64,000 bases of DNA, taken from NCBI RefSeq assembly GCF_006345805.1, contig NC_042998.1, positions 193,192,001-193,256,000 on the forward strand. Reading direction: 5' to 3'. The notes beneath the pieces are model-generated. The model was not told the DNA's origin and did not search any database. It saw only the letters and a program-made list of their open reading frames with translations. Position 1 is the stretch's first letter. Each line of letters opens with the position of its first letter. Source of the DNA: Octopus sinensis (lineage: Eukaryota). Below, piece after piece: positions 39,551-52,481 of this stretch. A program made the translations under genes and the position numbers.

Positions 39551-41159
39551 AAACTAACATTTGCTTTTTATGTGTCGAAAATGTATATTATATGATACAA
39601 TTTTTTAAAAGGAGAAACGCCATTGGAACAGTAAGACATTGGGTAAATTACCCTTACAAAGCGGAAAAATTTGTCGGCAAACAGCCATCGGACTCATGTA
39701 GTTGTGCATTTAGCTTTACAGCATCTAAATTTGCGGATAAATTTGTCCGTGGGTAGTTTAGATCATTGGTAAAGCAATCAACCGGAAGCTTTGAGGAATG
39801 TGAGTTTGAGTCCCTTGGCTCTTAGTTGAGAAATTTTTTCCGCTTTGCAAGGGTAATTTACCCAATATTCGAAAAAAAATTATCATCTTATGTGTGTGTG
39901 TGCGTGTGTATGCATATATATATATACATACATCGATACGTGTATATATCACGTGTATATATCACGTGACCGACCAGACCATCAGATGTTGTTACACATC
40001 GCTGGTCACAATGCGTTCGCATTGTTTTAGCCTTCGAATGACGCCACCCCGCTGGCTAAGCGAGCAGGCTTATATACATATGTATATATATATATATACA
40101 TATGTATATATGCGTATACATGAGTGTATATACATATATTTGTGTGTGTGTTATAATTGCAGAACGACATTCAATGATCACAGTCGACAGAGAAAGTACA
40201 TCTCTAAGAAGAAGCAGGTAAATATATGCCGGGGGTTGCAAATGGGAAAATTTCCATTCATCAAGATGTCTGAAATATCTAATTTTATCAAAAACACTAT
40301 TGTCACAGACAGACAGAGACATTGTCTAGGTATGAATTAGCAGTGTCAAGAAAGTTATTTACTGTCTTGGAAATATTCAATCATTTTTTTTTTCTCGGAA
40401 ACACAGGCGAGAAAGAATTAAACTTTTTACTTGAAGTAAAACTTCTCATATGGAAAAATTGTTCAGAGTTTCATGTCTCCAATAAAGATAAAGATATTTT
40501 ATTGTCTTTGAATATGATCATACAATGTTACTGGTATCTTGACCAACATTTTGGTGGATGCAAATAAGTTGCATTAGTTCAACCTATAATTTTATTGTGG
40601 ATAATCTGACGTTTAGTTGAATAAGAAAACTATTAGATTTTATTTGAAATATTAGCATCAATAAATATTGTTTTGAACTTCATTGCTATAATTTTCCAAC
40701 AGAGTGTTATCAAGTCTACGTCTGTTCCTGTAAGAATTTATGTTAGCTGAAGTTAAAGTTTTCAGTATAATTTTTAGAAAAATATTTCATCATTTGATAC
40801 AGGTGAAGTTGCTTAAAATTTAATAAAATATATTTTATAAAATGAACTTAACAGTGTTTCTATTGAGCGTCAAGTTTAATGTTTCACATGAAAATTATAA
40901 TTAAAATTATCGTTAGATTTCGAAATGGTCTAAAGCCCATATAGAAAGATGGGAATTTCAACATCCAGTCCACATAGTTTGATCCCAGGATATTCACCTA
41001 ATCTTGTGCTTTTCACCTTTAACAGATCCCCTTGTGTTTTTCCTGAACCATATGATCTTCGTCAGCATTACATGATATTTTTAGCAGAAATTTTTCCTCC
41101 GTGAGATATAAATTACATACATATACCAAAAGAGAGATTGAGTTTATATATATATATAT

Positions 41160-41577
41160 ATTTCTTTACTACCCACAAGGGGCTAAACATAGAAGGGACA
41201 AACAAGGACAGACAAACGGATTAAGTCGATTACATCGACCCCAGTGCGAAACTGTTACTTTATTTATCGACCTCGAAAGGATGAAAAGCAAAGTCGACTT
41301 CAGCAGAATTTAAACTCAGAGCGTAACGACAGACGAAATACCTATTTCTTTACTACCCACAATGGGCTAAACACAGAAGGGACAAACAAGGACAGACAAA
41401 CAGATTAAGTCGATTACATCGACCCCAGTGCGTAACTGGTACTTAATTTATCGACCTCGAAAGGATGAAAGGCAAAGTCGACCTCAGCAGAATTTAAACT
41501 CAGAACGTAAAGACAGACGAAATACCGCTAAGCATTTCGATCGGCGTGCTAATGTTTCTGCCAGCTGGCCGCCTTAA
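41160..41577 (-). mobile_element. SINE family A dimer (full + headless) with 15-bp TSD
   Basis: Two body copies joined at aaatag|gtatttcgtc; TSD agtttatatatatat at 41141 and 41578. Confidence 0.9.
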
Positions 41578-42616
41578 AGTTTATATATATATGTTCTTAT
41601 TTTGCCTCTTTGCTTTATAGACAGAAATTCAAACTTTTATCTCTCCTCTTTGATGATTTTTGCTTCTCTAGAATAATAATTTCAATCGAAAATTGTGTTG
41701 ATTTTGAAAAACCAACCGCTGCGTGAATTTTAGTGAAAGTCATTAAATATAGCTTAATATGATATATTCTCATTATTGAATTAATTTCTTCAGAAGCAAG
41801 TAGTAAAATGCTGATGTATTACCATTAAATGATATTTAATTACTGTTGATTGTGTCTCTGAAAAAGGTTAATAATCAGTGAAGGATATACATTGTTCCAG
41901 ATATGATTCGATCGATACAATTACGATATTTATGCTTTTTTAGTGTGAATCACCTGCACTCAAACAGGAACCGTTTGTCACTCACATAGAAATACAAAAG
42001 CAATAAGAACAATAGACGTAAATCAAGCGGCAAGAAATCAGTCTTTACTACCAGCCCAGAGTAAAATCATTAATATTGGTTTCCTACATTAGCAGAAGAA
42101 AGCTTTAGGTTTCTAAAGTAAGGAAAACGAGATTGTGTAAGATTCTTGTCTTTCTCGAGGGAAATCATGACAAAAATAATGCGAAACGGCTATGTATGTA
42201 ACAAGAATTAATACATGCTAGCATTATTATTGAACCGATTTAATGATTTCACCAAAAACAGTTTCATTGATGACAACGTTATTAACTTCTTTTGTTTACT
42301 ATTAATCAATACAATAATTCAGGTGCAAGGACGATTTTGATAACTACGAGTGATATCGATCTGAAATTTTCATTATGTGGTCAGAGTAAGGACGGATCAC
42401 GACTACAGCCAACGAGACTGTTCACTTTATTAGCATCAGTTAATTTCTATTAGATTTTAAAGAGACATCATGAAAGCCACTATATTTATGTGTTTGGGCA
42501 AACCGATTATATTGATAATAATGATATCAATTTATCCAGACCACACGACTATTTGGTCATATTTCATATGTATAAAACTGAGATGTTTGTAAACAGGTCT
42601 ATGCTTGAATAACGTA

Positions 42617-43008
42617 GAGGCGCAATGGCCCAGTGGTTAGGGCAGCGGACTCGCGGTCGTAGGATCGCGGTTTCGATTCCCAGACCGGGCGTTGTGAGTG
42701 TTTATTGAGCGAAAACACCTAAAGCTCCACGAGCCTCCGGCATGGAATGATGGTGATCCCTGCTGTACTCTTTCACCACAACTTTCTCTCACTCTCTCTT
42801 ACTTCCTGTTTCTGCTGTACCTGTATTTCAAAGGGCCGGCCTTGTCACTCTCTGTGTCACGCTGAATATCCCCGAGAACTACGTTAAGGGTGCACGTGTC
42901 TGTGGAGTGCTCAGCCACTTACACGTTAATTTCACGAGCAGGCTGTTCCGTTGATTCGGATCAACCGGAACCCTCATCGTCGTAACCGACGGAGTGCTTC
43001 CATCCATT
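42617..43008 (+). mobile_element. tRNA-derived SINE (head B, tail T1) flanked by a 126-bp direct duplication
   Basis: A box tggcccagtgg, B box ggtttcgattc. 42488-42613 is repeated as 43010-43035 + 43452-43551. Confidence 0.88.
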
Positions 43009-43035
43009 AATGTGTTTGGGCAAACCGATTATATT

Positions 43036-43445
43036 ACTCTTTACTCTTTATTCTTTTACTTGTTTCAGTTATTTGACTGCGGCCATGCTGGAGCACCGCC
43101 TTTAGTCGAGCAAATCGACCCCGAGACTTATTCTTTGTAAGCCCAGCACTTACTCTATCGGTCTCTTTTGCCGAACCGCTAAGTGACGGGGACGTAAACA
43201 CACCAGCATCGGTTGTCAAGCAATGCTAGGGGGACAAACACAGGCACACAAACACACATACATATATATATATACATATATACGACAGGCTTCTTTCAGT
43301 TTCCGTCTACCAAATCCACTCACAAGGCATTGGTCGGCCCGGGGCTATAGCAGAAGACACTTGCCTAAGATGCCACGCAGTGGGACTGAACCCGGAACCA
43401 TGTGGTTGGTTAGCAAGCTACTTACCACACAGCCACTCCTGCGCC
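43036..43445 (-). mobile_element. Composite CORE-like SINE (head D + TA/TG linker + module E), TSD tatatt
   Basis: Head ggcgcaggagtggctgtgtggtaag, CORE-like cttaggcaagtgtcttc; TSD at 43030-43035 and 43446-43451. Confidence 0.88.
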
Positions 43446-43639
43446 TATATTGATAATAATGATATCAATTTATCCAGACCACTCGACTATTTGGTCATAT
43501 TTCATATGTATAAAACTGAGATGCTTGTAAACACATCTATGCTTGAATAACATTCGTACTTTTTTATTTTTTTGTCTTGATATTTTAATGAACGTTTGGC
43601 GATCTAGTTAATGATATTACATTATTATTTAGATATATA

Positions 43640-44045
43640 GGCGCAGGAGTGGCTGTGTGGTAAGTAGCTTGCTAACCAACCACATGGTTCCGGGTTCAGT
43701 CCCACTGCGTGGAATCTTGGGCAAGTGTCTTCTGTTATAGCCCCGGGCCGACCAATGCCTTGTGAGTGGATTTGGTAGACGGAAACTGAAAGAAGCCTGT
43801 CGTATATATATATATATATGTGTGTGTGTTTGTGTGTCTGTGTTTGTCCCCCTAGCATCGCTTGACAACCGATGCTGGTGTATTTACGTCCCCGTCACTT
43901 AGCGGTTCGGCAAAAAAGAGACCGATAGAATAAGTACTGGGCTTACAAAGAATAAGTCCCGGGGTCGAGTTGCTCGATTAAAGGCGGTGCTCCAGCATGG
44001 CCGCAGTCAAATGACTGAAACAAGTAAAAGAGAAAAGAGAAAGAG
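43640..44045 (+). mobile_element. Composite SINE D+E, inverted relative to the copy at 43036
   Basis: Same organisation on the plus strand. Confidence 0.88.
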
Positions 44046-44934
44046 AATATATTTAGACCAATAATGAAATTTGAGCTATTGAATCTGGGTGCTATCATGT
44101 TTGTCCGCTTTCATACATATGAACACAGAACATTTCATTCATATCATTTTTATTTCCACATTTTAGTTTATTGGAAAGACTGAAATGTGATTTTAAGTTA
44201 ATAATTTCAAACATGATTTGATTTCCAGCTGTAAAGATATAAGAAAAAATACAGTTACATACTTCGGTATAGATGTTTAGTCAAAACAAACTTTCCTTTA
44301 GAACAAGATGTAAATTATTCTTCAGATATTATTGTCACAGTATGAAATGCGTTTAGAAATAATTAAGAATCAGAATTGTTACCCCAGAGATATTTTCATG
44401 GAACAAATAAATACAGCAGAACTAAAAATGCCAGCTGTTGGATAAATTTAATTGAGTTGTCTAATTTAACAACGTGACTAACTAATTAACCATTACACAA
44501 CTTAGCTTAAAGGAAAAACTGCTTTAATTCCACAAGTTCAGAAGAAAATCCGAGACGTATTAATACAATAATAATATTGATTAAGATTCCATTTGATGGA
44601 TTTTGTTATATTTAGAAATGATTGCTCACTGTTGTAGATATTATGCTGCTTCGGATTTCTGTTGGAATTCTTTATTGCACAATGCAAAAAATTCTGTTTA
44701 TGTAGAGAACAGGTATATATATATATATATAAATATATTTGATGTAAGGGTATAACAAACCTGTAAAACTTGTTTACTTATAAAAAGTAGTAACCAAACT
44801 AGACCTAGGCGGTGGGATGTTTCTGATAGTAAAACTCTTTATAGTTGGGAACAAAAGGTTTAGGTGCAGTTTGGTGAACACAGAATAGGCGGGCCGTTGT
44901 AGATATTACGTAATTATTATTGGAGGCACATATA

Positions 44935-45166
44935 TATTTCTTTACTACCCACAAGGGGCTAAACATAGAAGGGACAAACAAGGACAGAGAAAGGGATTAA
45001 GTCGATTACATCGACCCCGGTGGGAAACTGGTGCTTTATTTATCGACCCCGAAAGGATGAAAGGCAAAGTCGACCCCGGCAGAATTTGAACTCAGAACGT
45101 ACCGACAGACGAAATACCGCTAAGCATTTCGCCCGGCGCGCTAAAGTTTCTGCCAGCTCGCCGCCT
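44935..45166 (-). mobile_element. SINE family A with 15-bp TSD
   Basis: TSD ttggaggcacatata at 44920-44934 and 45167-45181. Confidence 0.9.
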
Positions 45167-45802
45167 TTGGAGGCACATATAATGGGCTATTATTTTATGG
45201 TGCAATTCACCCCTTCTTCCAACGTTAAAATACACCTGCAAATAGCAGTTATATACATTATTTAGATGTCATCAACCTTTGGGAGTCAAATGTCTTTTCT
45301 TTAGCGACAGTACATAAGGGGCAATGGCATATGAATCAACATATTTCGATCATATGTATTAGCGATGCACTTCCAACTCCAGGACGGACAAAAGACAACA
45401 GGAGTAGAACTATTGTGACGGTTTCTACGATCTCAGCTTTAATTCCTATATACATGTTACTGCTGTTCCAACTTAATTTCTTTTCATTAGACCAAAGTCG
45501 TTACTACGAATGAATTATGTAACATTTAGCAATCCAAGTGAAGCGGAATGGTTTCAAAAGGAACACACTTCTCACCGATCCTGATCACTTTACAATTCAT
45601 CTCGTCTGTTGGTGGTTAAGGAAGACTACATTGTCTCCTGTGTGTCGTTTTTATTTTTCTTCAAAGATCCAAGTTTGTGACTTGAAGAGGGTTTATTTGC
45701 TGTATCTAGCAGATCAAGAAACCATATAGCCGCTCCTTAATCGAGCCAATCTGTTTCGGTTGCATTCCCTAGTATATCTTTTCTTAAGGTATAATACGAG
45801 TG

Positions 45803-46033
45803 AGGCGGCGAGCTGGCAGAAACGATAGCATGCCGGGCGAAATGCTTAGCGGTATTTCGTCTGCTACTGCGTTCTGAGTTCAAATTCCTCCGAGGTCGAC
45901 TTTGCCTTTCATCCTTTCAGGGTCGATAAATTAAGTACTAGTTACGTACTGGGATCGATGTTATCGACTTAATCCGTTTGTCTGTTCTTGTTTGTCCCTT
46001 CTGTGTTTAGCCCCTTGTGAGTAGTAAATAAAT
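45803..46033 (+). mobile_element. SINE family A with 17-bp TSD
   Basis: aggtataatacgagtga (45787-45803) versus aggtataatatgagtga (46034-46050); one CpG>TpG difference. Confidence 0.9.
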
Positions 46034-47364
46034 AGGTATAATATGAGTGAATTTAGAAGCTATTTCTAGCAAGTCAGGGGACAGTGTAAAGGCTTCGCCA
46101 TTGCATATAGTTAAACTTGATTCTATTTTAACTGCATACACTACATTTAAACTAAACATATTTCCAAGAGCTTTACCTCCAAAATCACATTTTCAGCTGG
46201 AAGTCCACCTTTCTGCATATTTTACTTTCAACTTCAATAACCCAGAGTTTTATCACACTAACCTCTTCTAATTGTTCCAAGTCACTAGTTTAGCAATCCA
46301 GTTAGTCTGTGATCATTGCGTCTCCAGCATAGATCTCGAATACATTGTTGTTGTCTTTTTTAATTGACAAGGCAGTCAGTCGCCCGCTGACACTCATTGA
46401 CGCTACATCGAAGAGGCCAAGGAATAGAAGAAAGAAGAAGAAAGAAGACATGCACCCAACACTAGAGCTGAAGACACCTCCGAAAGCCGGGGCTTCACCA
46501 CGTCAAAACGGTAGAAGAGTAGGGACCGAAAGCGGACGTGGTTCCTCCTGATGATGTTTTGAGTTAACTGGATCCTATAAAGGAGCTGTTGTGGTAGCAG
46601 ACCACGAAACACAGTTGAAATTCCTCTTAAAACAAGGTCAGCGACAATAGAGCAGATGACTTTTTCTCAAAGTCGTAACATCTTATTTATTGGTAGACTA
46701 CTTTGTTCAACATGTTCTTTCTTATTTTTTATAAGGATTTCGAAGATACATGGCTGCTATTTGTAGCAGAACGAGTGTAGCTGCTCAAAAACTCCTTCGT
46801 TGCTTCGCGGCCGGTTCTCGACAATCGTTTGTGAATTCTTCAGCGCAAATAAAACAATATACAATTGTAAGATAGGTTTTCATTCTGCGAGTATTAGTAT
46901 TTTCCAAGATGTTAGGGAATGTTTTCTACGGCATCCAAACACTGTTCTTTGCTCTATTTACAATGGATAACATTCGAGGAATATTCACAGAGGTGATATA
47001 AGCGCATTAGAAAAGTAGTGCTAGCATTTTGGTTGGTTGTAATTATAGAGAAGTAATGAGCTTCGGTATAAATTCATATGTACTTTCATTGGTAATTAAA
47101 CTATATTATATTCTAATCACAACACTAATTATTATTTCTCGTTGATGTAATGGGATAGTCATATATAATTATACATATTACCATACAATCCGCTTTGTAT
47201 GTGTTCCGCTATACATTGAAAACAAATAAACACACGTATAAATACGTTTCTTTCCAAACACACACACACATTATATATATATATATATATAATATATGTA
47301 TATATATGCATATATACATACATATATGTACATACTTACATCTATACGTATATATATATATATT

Positions 47365-47667
47365 TGCATATGTGGGCACAGGACGTCACGAAACGTGTAC
47401 AAGAAAAAATACGAAGCACGAGTACATGGAACATGAACTATTCTTTCGAACAATGAAAGACACAAATGGGAAACAATTCAAACAACATAAAGAACGACTC
47501 TCATCAGTTATTGGATGTTTTTCTAGTTTCGTATTTAGAGCATTTAACAATATACGCTTTCGATAAAACGGTTACTCCCTCAAAGCAAATCAAATTTGAG
47601 ATTCTGCGGAGGGTCAAAATTGGTATTGTTTTGTTGTACACGTTTCGCAACGTCCTGTACCCACATA

Positions 47668-47671
<4 letters not shown>
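47365..47671. mobile_element. ~300-bp element with 38-bp terminal inverted repeats inside (TA)n
   Basis: tgcatatgtgggcacaggacgtcacgaaacgtgtacaa versus the reverse complement of 47634-47671, 3 mismatches. Confidence 0.7.
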
Positions 47672-47718
<47 letters not shown>

Positions 47719-48690
47719 AAAAGGGGTTCTGCGGCGCAAGAACCACCAGAACAGCGTGAAACATTGCCATAGCTTTAAACGGTAGGTACAATTAAGGTAG
47801 AGCGTGGATGAGATGAAACAATAAAAAATGACGTACGTCTAAGATGTCATGAGATAGAACCGAACCAGGGATCTCATAGTTGCGATGCGAGCGTCTTAAC
47901 CGTTCGATGTATGTGCGTGTGTGTGCCTATAAGAGAGAACTCTGAGTGTGTGTGTTCCCGCGCCCGAAAAACCAAAGAGAAGAGCGCTCGTGCGATTCCT
48001 GGACGAGCGAAAGAAAAACGTCGACATTGGAGGCATATGAAGTCAGACGCAAATGCATGCAACTGAATGCTTCCAGGGCTTTTGTCCGTCACTTCATCGA
48101 TTTTAGCTGTCAACTGCTATCCTCAATATTATTGGTTTCTGATATACGTAGAAGGCCATCATTTTGGGACTTAATCGATTTTGTGTATGTGTTGTAGGTA
48201 TGCGTATGAAACGTAATTAATCGAAATATGCTTCAAAGTAGTTGTATATGCTGATAAAGACAAAGGAAAAGTCTACCTTGTCAATGGAAACCACAGTTAC
48301 TATTAACGTATAAAGAACGATACTTTTATTTAAGGTATAACGCTTTGCCCGAGAAGAATTAAAAGTTAAGGCGACTCGAAAGGAATTTGAAATCAGAGCA
48401 TTGAGACCTGGTTTCCACCTTAGTCACAGCATTTCCGCTGGTGATTAACTCGAATAAATTGCTATCGTTACATAACTGGTACTTATTTTATCCGTCCCAG
48501 AAGAAGGAAAAATAATTGTGACGGCCACTAGATTTGAACTCGAAGCACACGACAGCTAGAAATATGTGTACTGCGTGGTGCTATACCGAGTCTACCATTC
48601 CACTGACCTACATTACAAACTGGCAGACCGACCGTTCTTATGCACGTAATTATAAATGGTAGGTGAACAGGTAGAGTGGTGTGGAAGTAG

Positions 48691-48725
<35 letters not shown>

Positions 48726-50109
48726 GGGAGAGAGAGAGAGAGATGGAGAGAGGGAGAGAGAGAGGGAGAGGGAGAGAGAGAATTGAGTGCAATAGAGATA
48801 GAGAATTGTAAATGATAGAGAACGAGAAAAGATTTTCTTAAGATTTGTAAATTATTTCTGTAACGTATAATGATGGGAAATAAGTTTACAACAGGCGATG
48901 CTAAATCTATCATTTAAATACATGAAATGTTTGATTAACAAACACTAAAGTAGAACTAACGATCAATAAGGAAAAATAAGCACAAGTCCTCTATCGTACA
49001 GACAAAGAACTATTAACATAGCAACGGAGGCTGATGTTCACTCTACGCATTTCTTTCCTTCTTCGTCCCCGACCACCAGTAACAAGCAGATATTTTATAG
49101 CTGTAGCCTATACAGTAAGTGATCTAACTACTCAAAGAAAATTTATTGGTAGTTACATATAATCTCTGGATGATTCCTAATTACACCCAGGCTCATCATA
49201 TACTGCATTTATTGGCAATATAACCAGCATGCTGCACATATAGTGAGGTGCTTGTGCATGATTAGCTTGGGTGCGTAGGAATTGTATGGATAAATACATA
49301 CACACACACACTCTCTCATATAGAAATACAAATTATATTACACTCTCTATATACACAGACATACATTTATGTGGATGTCTGCGTATACACATACATAACC
49401 ATAAGTATAAATTCTCCCTTTCTCTCTCTCATATACTTACTCATGTTGTTTTGAATTTTGAATGAATAATATGTCTTCTACGCTACATTCATTTTAGATT
49501 ATTTTCGTGTAAAAAGGCAAGTGTGAGTTGCCTGATAGCAGATCTGAGAGAGTGACAGTTAGCGTGATAGGTATGAAACGAGGGAATGGCAACTCAGGAT
49601 AAATTCACAAATTATTTTGATTTTTTAAAACTGTTTCTACTTTTAGTTCCATGCAAGTTTTTAAGGAGGGAACACACAAAGTTATAGAATGGGTAAAGTG
49701 ATATTGTCGTAGGGATTGAAGATTCTGGCGTTTCGGCTGGAAACATTCTTCAGGTTCGTGATAACTGGAAAATAGGAAAGACACAAATGTTTTATATCTA
49801 CTGTTTCAAATGGCTGCAACTGATAGTGAACGCAAAAGAACGTGAGAATGCATACGTAGATGGGAAGTAGTAGGCGAGAGAATTTAAATGAAAGAGAGTG
49901 GAGGAAATAAAAGATGGAGAAAAGAAGACTATCAGTGACCTAGATTATATGTATATATTAGAGGAAAAGGACAACAAAATCCAAGGCAGGACGAGTATCT
50001 CAAGTCATTTATGATAATTTAAGGTAACGGTGGAGTTGGCGCCTAGCATATGGCTAATTATAGCATTTACTCAGCGTACCTGTTCGTTTGGACTAAACCC
50101 CTCATTTTT

Positions 50110-50171
<62 letters not shown>

Positions 50172-50192
50172 CATACATATATACATACATAT

Positions 50193-50227
<35 letters not shown>

Positions 50228-50363
50228 CATACATACATATATACATACATATATACACACACACATATACATACATATATACACACACACACATATACAT
50301 ACATATATACATACACACACATATACATACATATACACACACACACACATATATATATATATA

Positions 50364-51953
50364 CAGTATCTCACAGAAGTATTTACACTCCTAAAACATT
50401 TAAGTAAAATTGGCATTACTCTGATAATATCAAAGGAAATGAAGCGAAATTTATCCTAAATAAAGTATACTATACATGCAAGCATTATACTCATTTGGAA
50501 CACAAAACGATAAGCATTTACCATAATATGAGCGAAATATTAATTTTCAAACGTTACAAAAATATGTACACCCCCAAAGGAAATTTGCTATATTCAATAT
50601 TTTATCCACTTTTTTTACTAAATTCAGATACAGCTGATAATTACAATTCTAAAAAACATTTCTCCTGGCATTTTTGTACCTGTCATTCTTATTGCATCTG
50701 CAGGAATTCTGATTTGCATATCGTGGTGAAAATTGTATTCATTGGCATTAAAATGGCACCAAAAGGAAAATAATTGTCTGAAGATTTGAAGAAAAATGTT
50801 TTTAATTTGCACAAGAATGGTTTAGGATACAAGTTACTTAGCAAGCGAATGCATATTAGCGTAAACACAGTTGCCAAAGTAATTCAGAATTACAAAGTTA
50901 GGGGGCAGCTAAGCAATGAACATCGTACTGGTCGTCCTTCTATATTAACTGCCTGTGATATTCGCTACATCCAACGTTGCGTGATGGATGACAAGCGTCG
51001 TACCGCTTTATCTTTGGCCCAAGAAATGTCTTCTGTTTGTGGAAAGTGTGTATCCGCCCAAGCAATTCGCCGAAGTTTGAACCAGTGTAGTGTTCATGGA
51101 CGCATTCCTCGAAGGAAGCCTCCCCTAACTACCAAGTCATCTTTCTTTTGCCGATACATATGTGTGTAAGGGAAAGTAGTTTTGGAATATTTTTTTTTAT
51201 TCTGACGAGACAAATCAATTTGTTTGGGTCAGTATTAAACGAGTATGGCGACCACCAGGTGAAGATAATGGCAACAAATGCACCGTGTCTACACGGCGGT
51301 GAAAGTCTTAAGCTTTGGAGATGCATGAGTGCATTTGGGGTGGGAGATCTCATACTTATTGAGAGAACAATGGATTCAAGGCTTTTTTGTGACATATTGC
51401 AGAAAACAATGTTGAAAAGCATCAAGGAACTAGGAAGACATTCCATGTTCCAACATAATAATGACCCCAAACACGCTTCAAAGATGACGACTAAGATTTT
51501 ATCAGATAAAAGGTAAAGGTATTGTCTTGGTCCATGATATTACCTGATTTAAACCAAATAGAACATATGTGGGGTTTTTTGAAAAGGAAGGTTGAAAAGA
51601 AAAAAAACCCCCGCAATATAACAGTTGAAAGACATCATTCAGAATGAATGGAGGTCCATTTCATTGGTTATATGCTGAAATTTAGTCCACTCTATGCTCA
51701 GAAGCCGTAATGCAGTCATTGAAAGCAAAGGTGGTTACACCAAATATTGAATATAGCAAATAATCCTTTAGGGTGTACATATTTTTGTATCGTTTGAAAA
51801 AATATATTTTTCATATCTTTGAAAAATGCTTGTTTTGTACTCCAACTTTGTAGAATATTTTATTCAGTATAAATTTTGTTTGATTTCCTTCGATATTATC
51901 ATACTGATGGCAATTTTACCGAAATTGGGTGTACATACTTCTGTGAGATACTG
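50364..51953 (+). mobile_element. Near full-length Tc1-family DNA transposon with IR/DR termini and TA TSD
   Basis: TA|CAGTATCTCACAGAAGTA...TACTTCTGTGAGATACTG|TA; inner direct repeats caaaaatatgtacacccc (50557-50574) and gggtgtacatatttttg (51771-51787). Confidence 0.93.
50753..51750 (+). pseudogene. Tc1 DD34E transposase, inactivated
   Basis: MAPKGK*LSEDLK..., TGRPSIL, GRIPRRKP, SDET, HGGESLKLW, FQHNNDPKH (catalytic D>N), PDLNQIEHMW. Stops and frameshifts; 34 residues between the second D position and E after correcting one frameshift. Confidence 0.9.
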
Positions 51954-52168
51954 TATATATATATATATATATATATATGAATGTTTGAGTAGTTGAATGA
52001 ATTATCTTGTTATGGATAATTCGGTTAACCGATACCTGGGTAGCAAATTCACATCAGAGAAGACACGTTTGAAGTTACGTGCTTTCGTGTGGAAATTTGT
52101 ATGTTTTATTTTAAAATATAAATATATGAAAGAATGGAGTTGAACGACGAATTAACAAAATTCCTTTA

Positions 52169-52251
52169 TTTTCGACATATGTTTCGAAGGCTGCATATTC
52201 CTAATTGCGAAGGAATAAGGAGTATATTATGCCGCTTTCTCATCAGGAAAA
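52169..52251 (-). ncRNA. Type I hammerhead ribozyme motif (left arm, minus strand)
   Basis: ttttc-CTGATGA-gaaagcggcata...tatgcagccttc-GAAAC-ATAT-GTC-gaaaa: 5-bp stem I, 12-bp stem II with 2 mismatches, palindromic ACATATGT stem III. Confidence 0.8.
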
Positions 52252-52398
52252 GCAAGGAACTTATGTCAACATCAAGATGCACAAAAAACTTTCAGATGAC
52301 TGCTCACACGGAGCCCATAGTGATAATCACTATGGGCTCCGTGTGAGCAGTCATCTAAAAGTTTTTTGTGCATCTTGATGTTGACATAAGTTCCTTGC

Positions 52399-52481
52399 TT
52401 TTCCTGATGAGAAAGCGGCATAATATACTCCTTATTCCTTCGCAATTAGGAATATGCATCCTTCGAAACATATGTCGAAAA
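52399..52481 (+). ncRNA. Type I hammerhead ribozyme motif (right arm, plus strand)
   Basis: Stem I ttttc 52399-52403 / gaaaa 52477-52481; CTGATGA 52404-52410; GAAA 52465-52468; GTC 52474-52476. Confidence 0.8.

Noticed and set aside
42617-42695. tRNA gene (also heads at 12040-12106, 30233, 43640, 47830-47885 and 54368)
   Set aside because: A and B boxes are present, but there is no closed acceptor stem and each head continues into a SINE body or is degenerate.
49725-49756. Minus-strand CTGAAGA...gccGAAACGCC hammerhead-like motif
   Set aside because: Stem II is broken, the triplet is GCC and no stem I pairs; at best a very old relic, so it was not counted.
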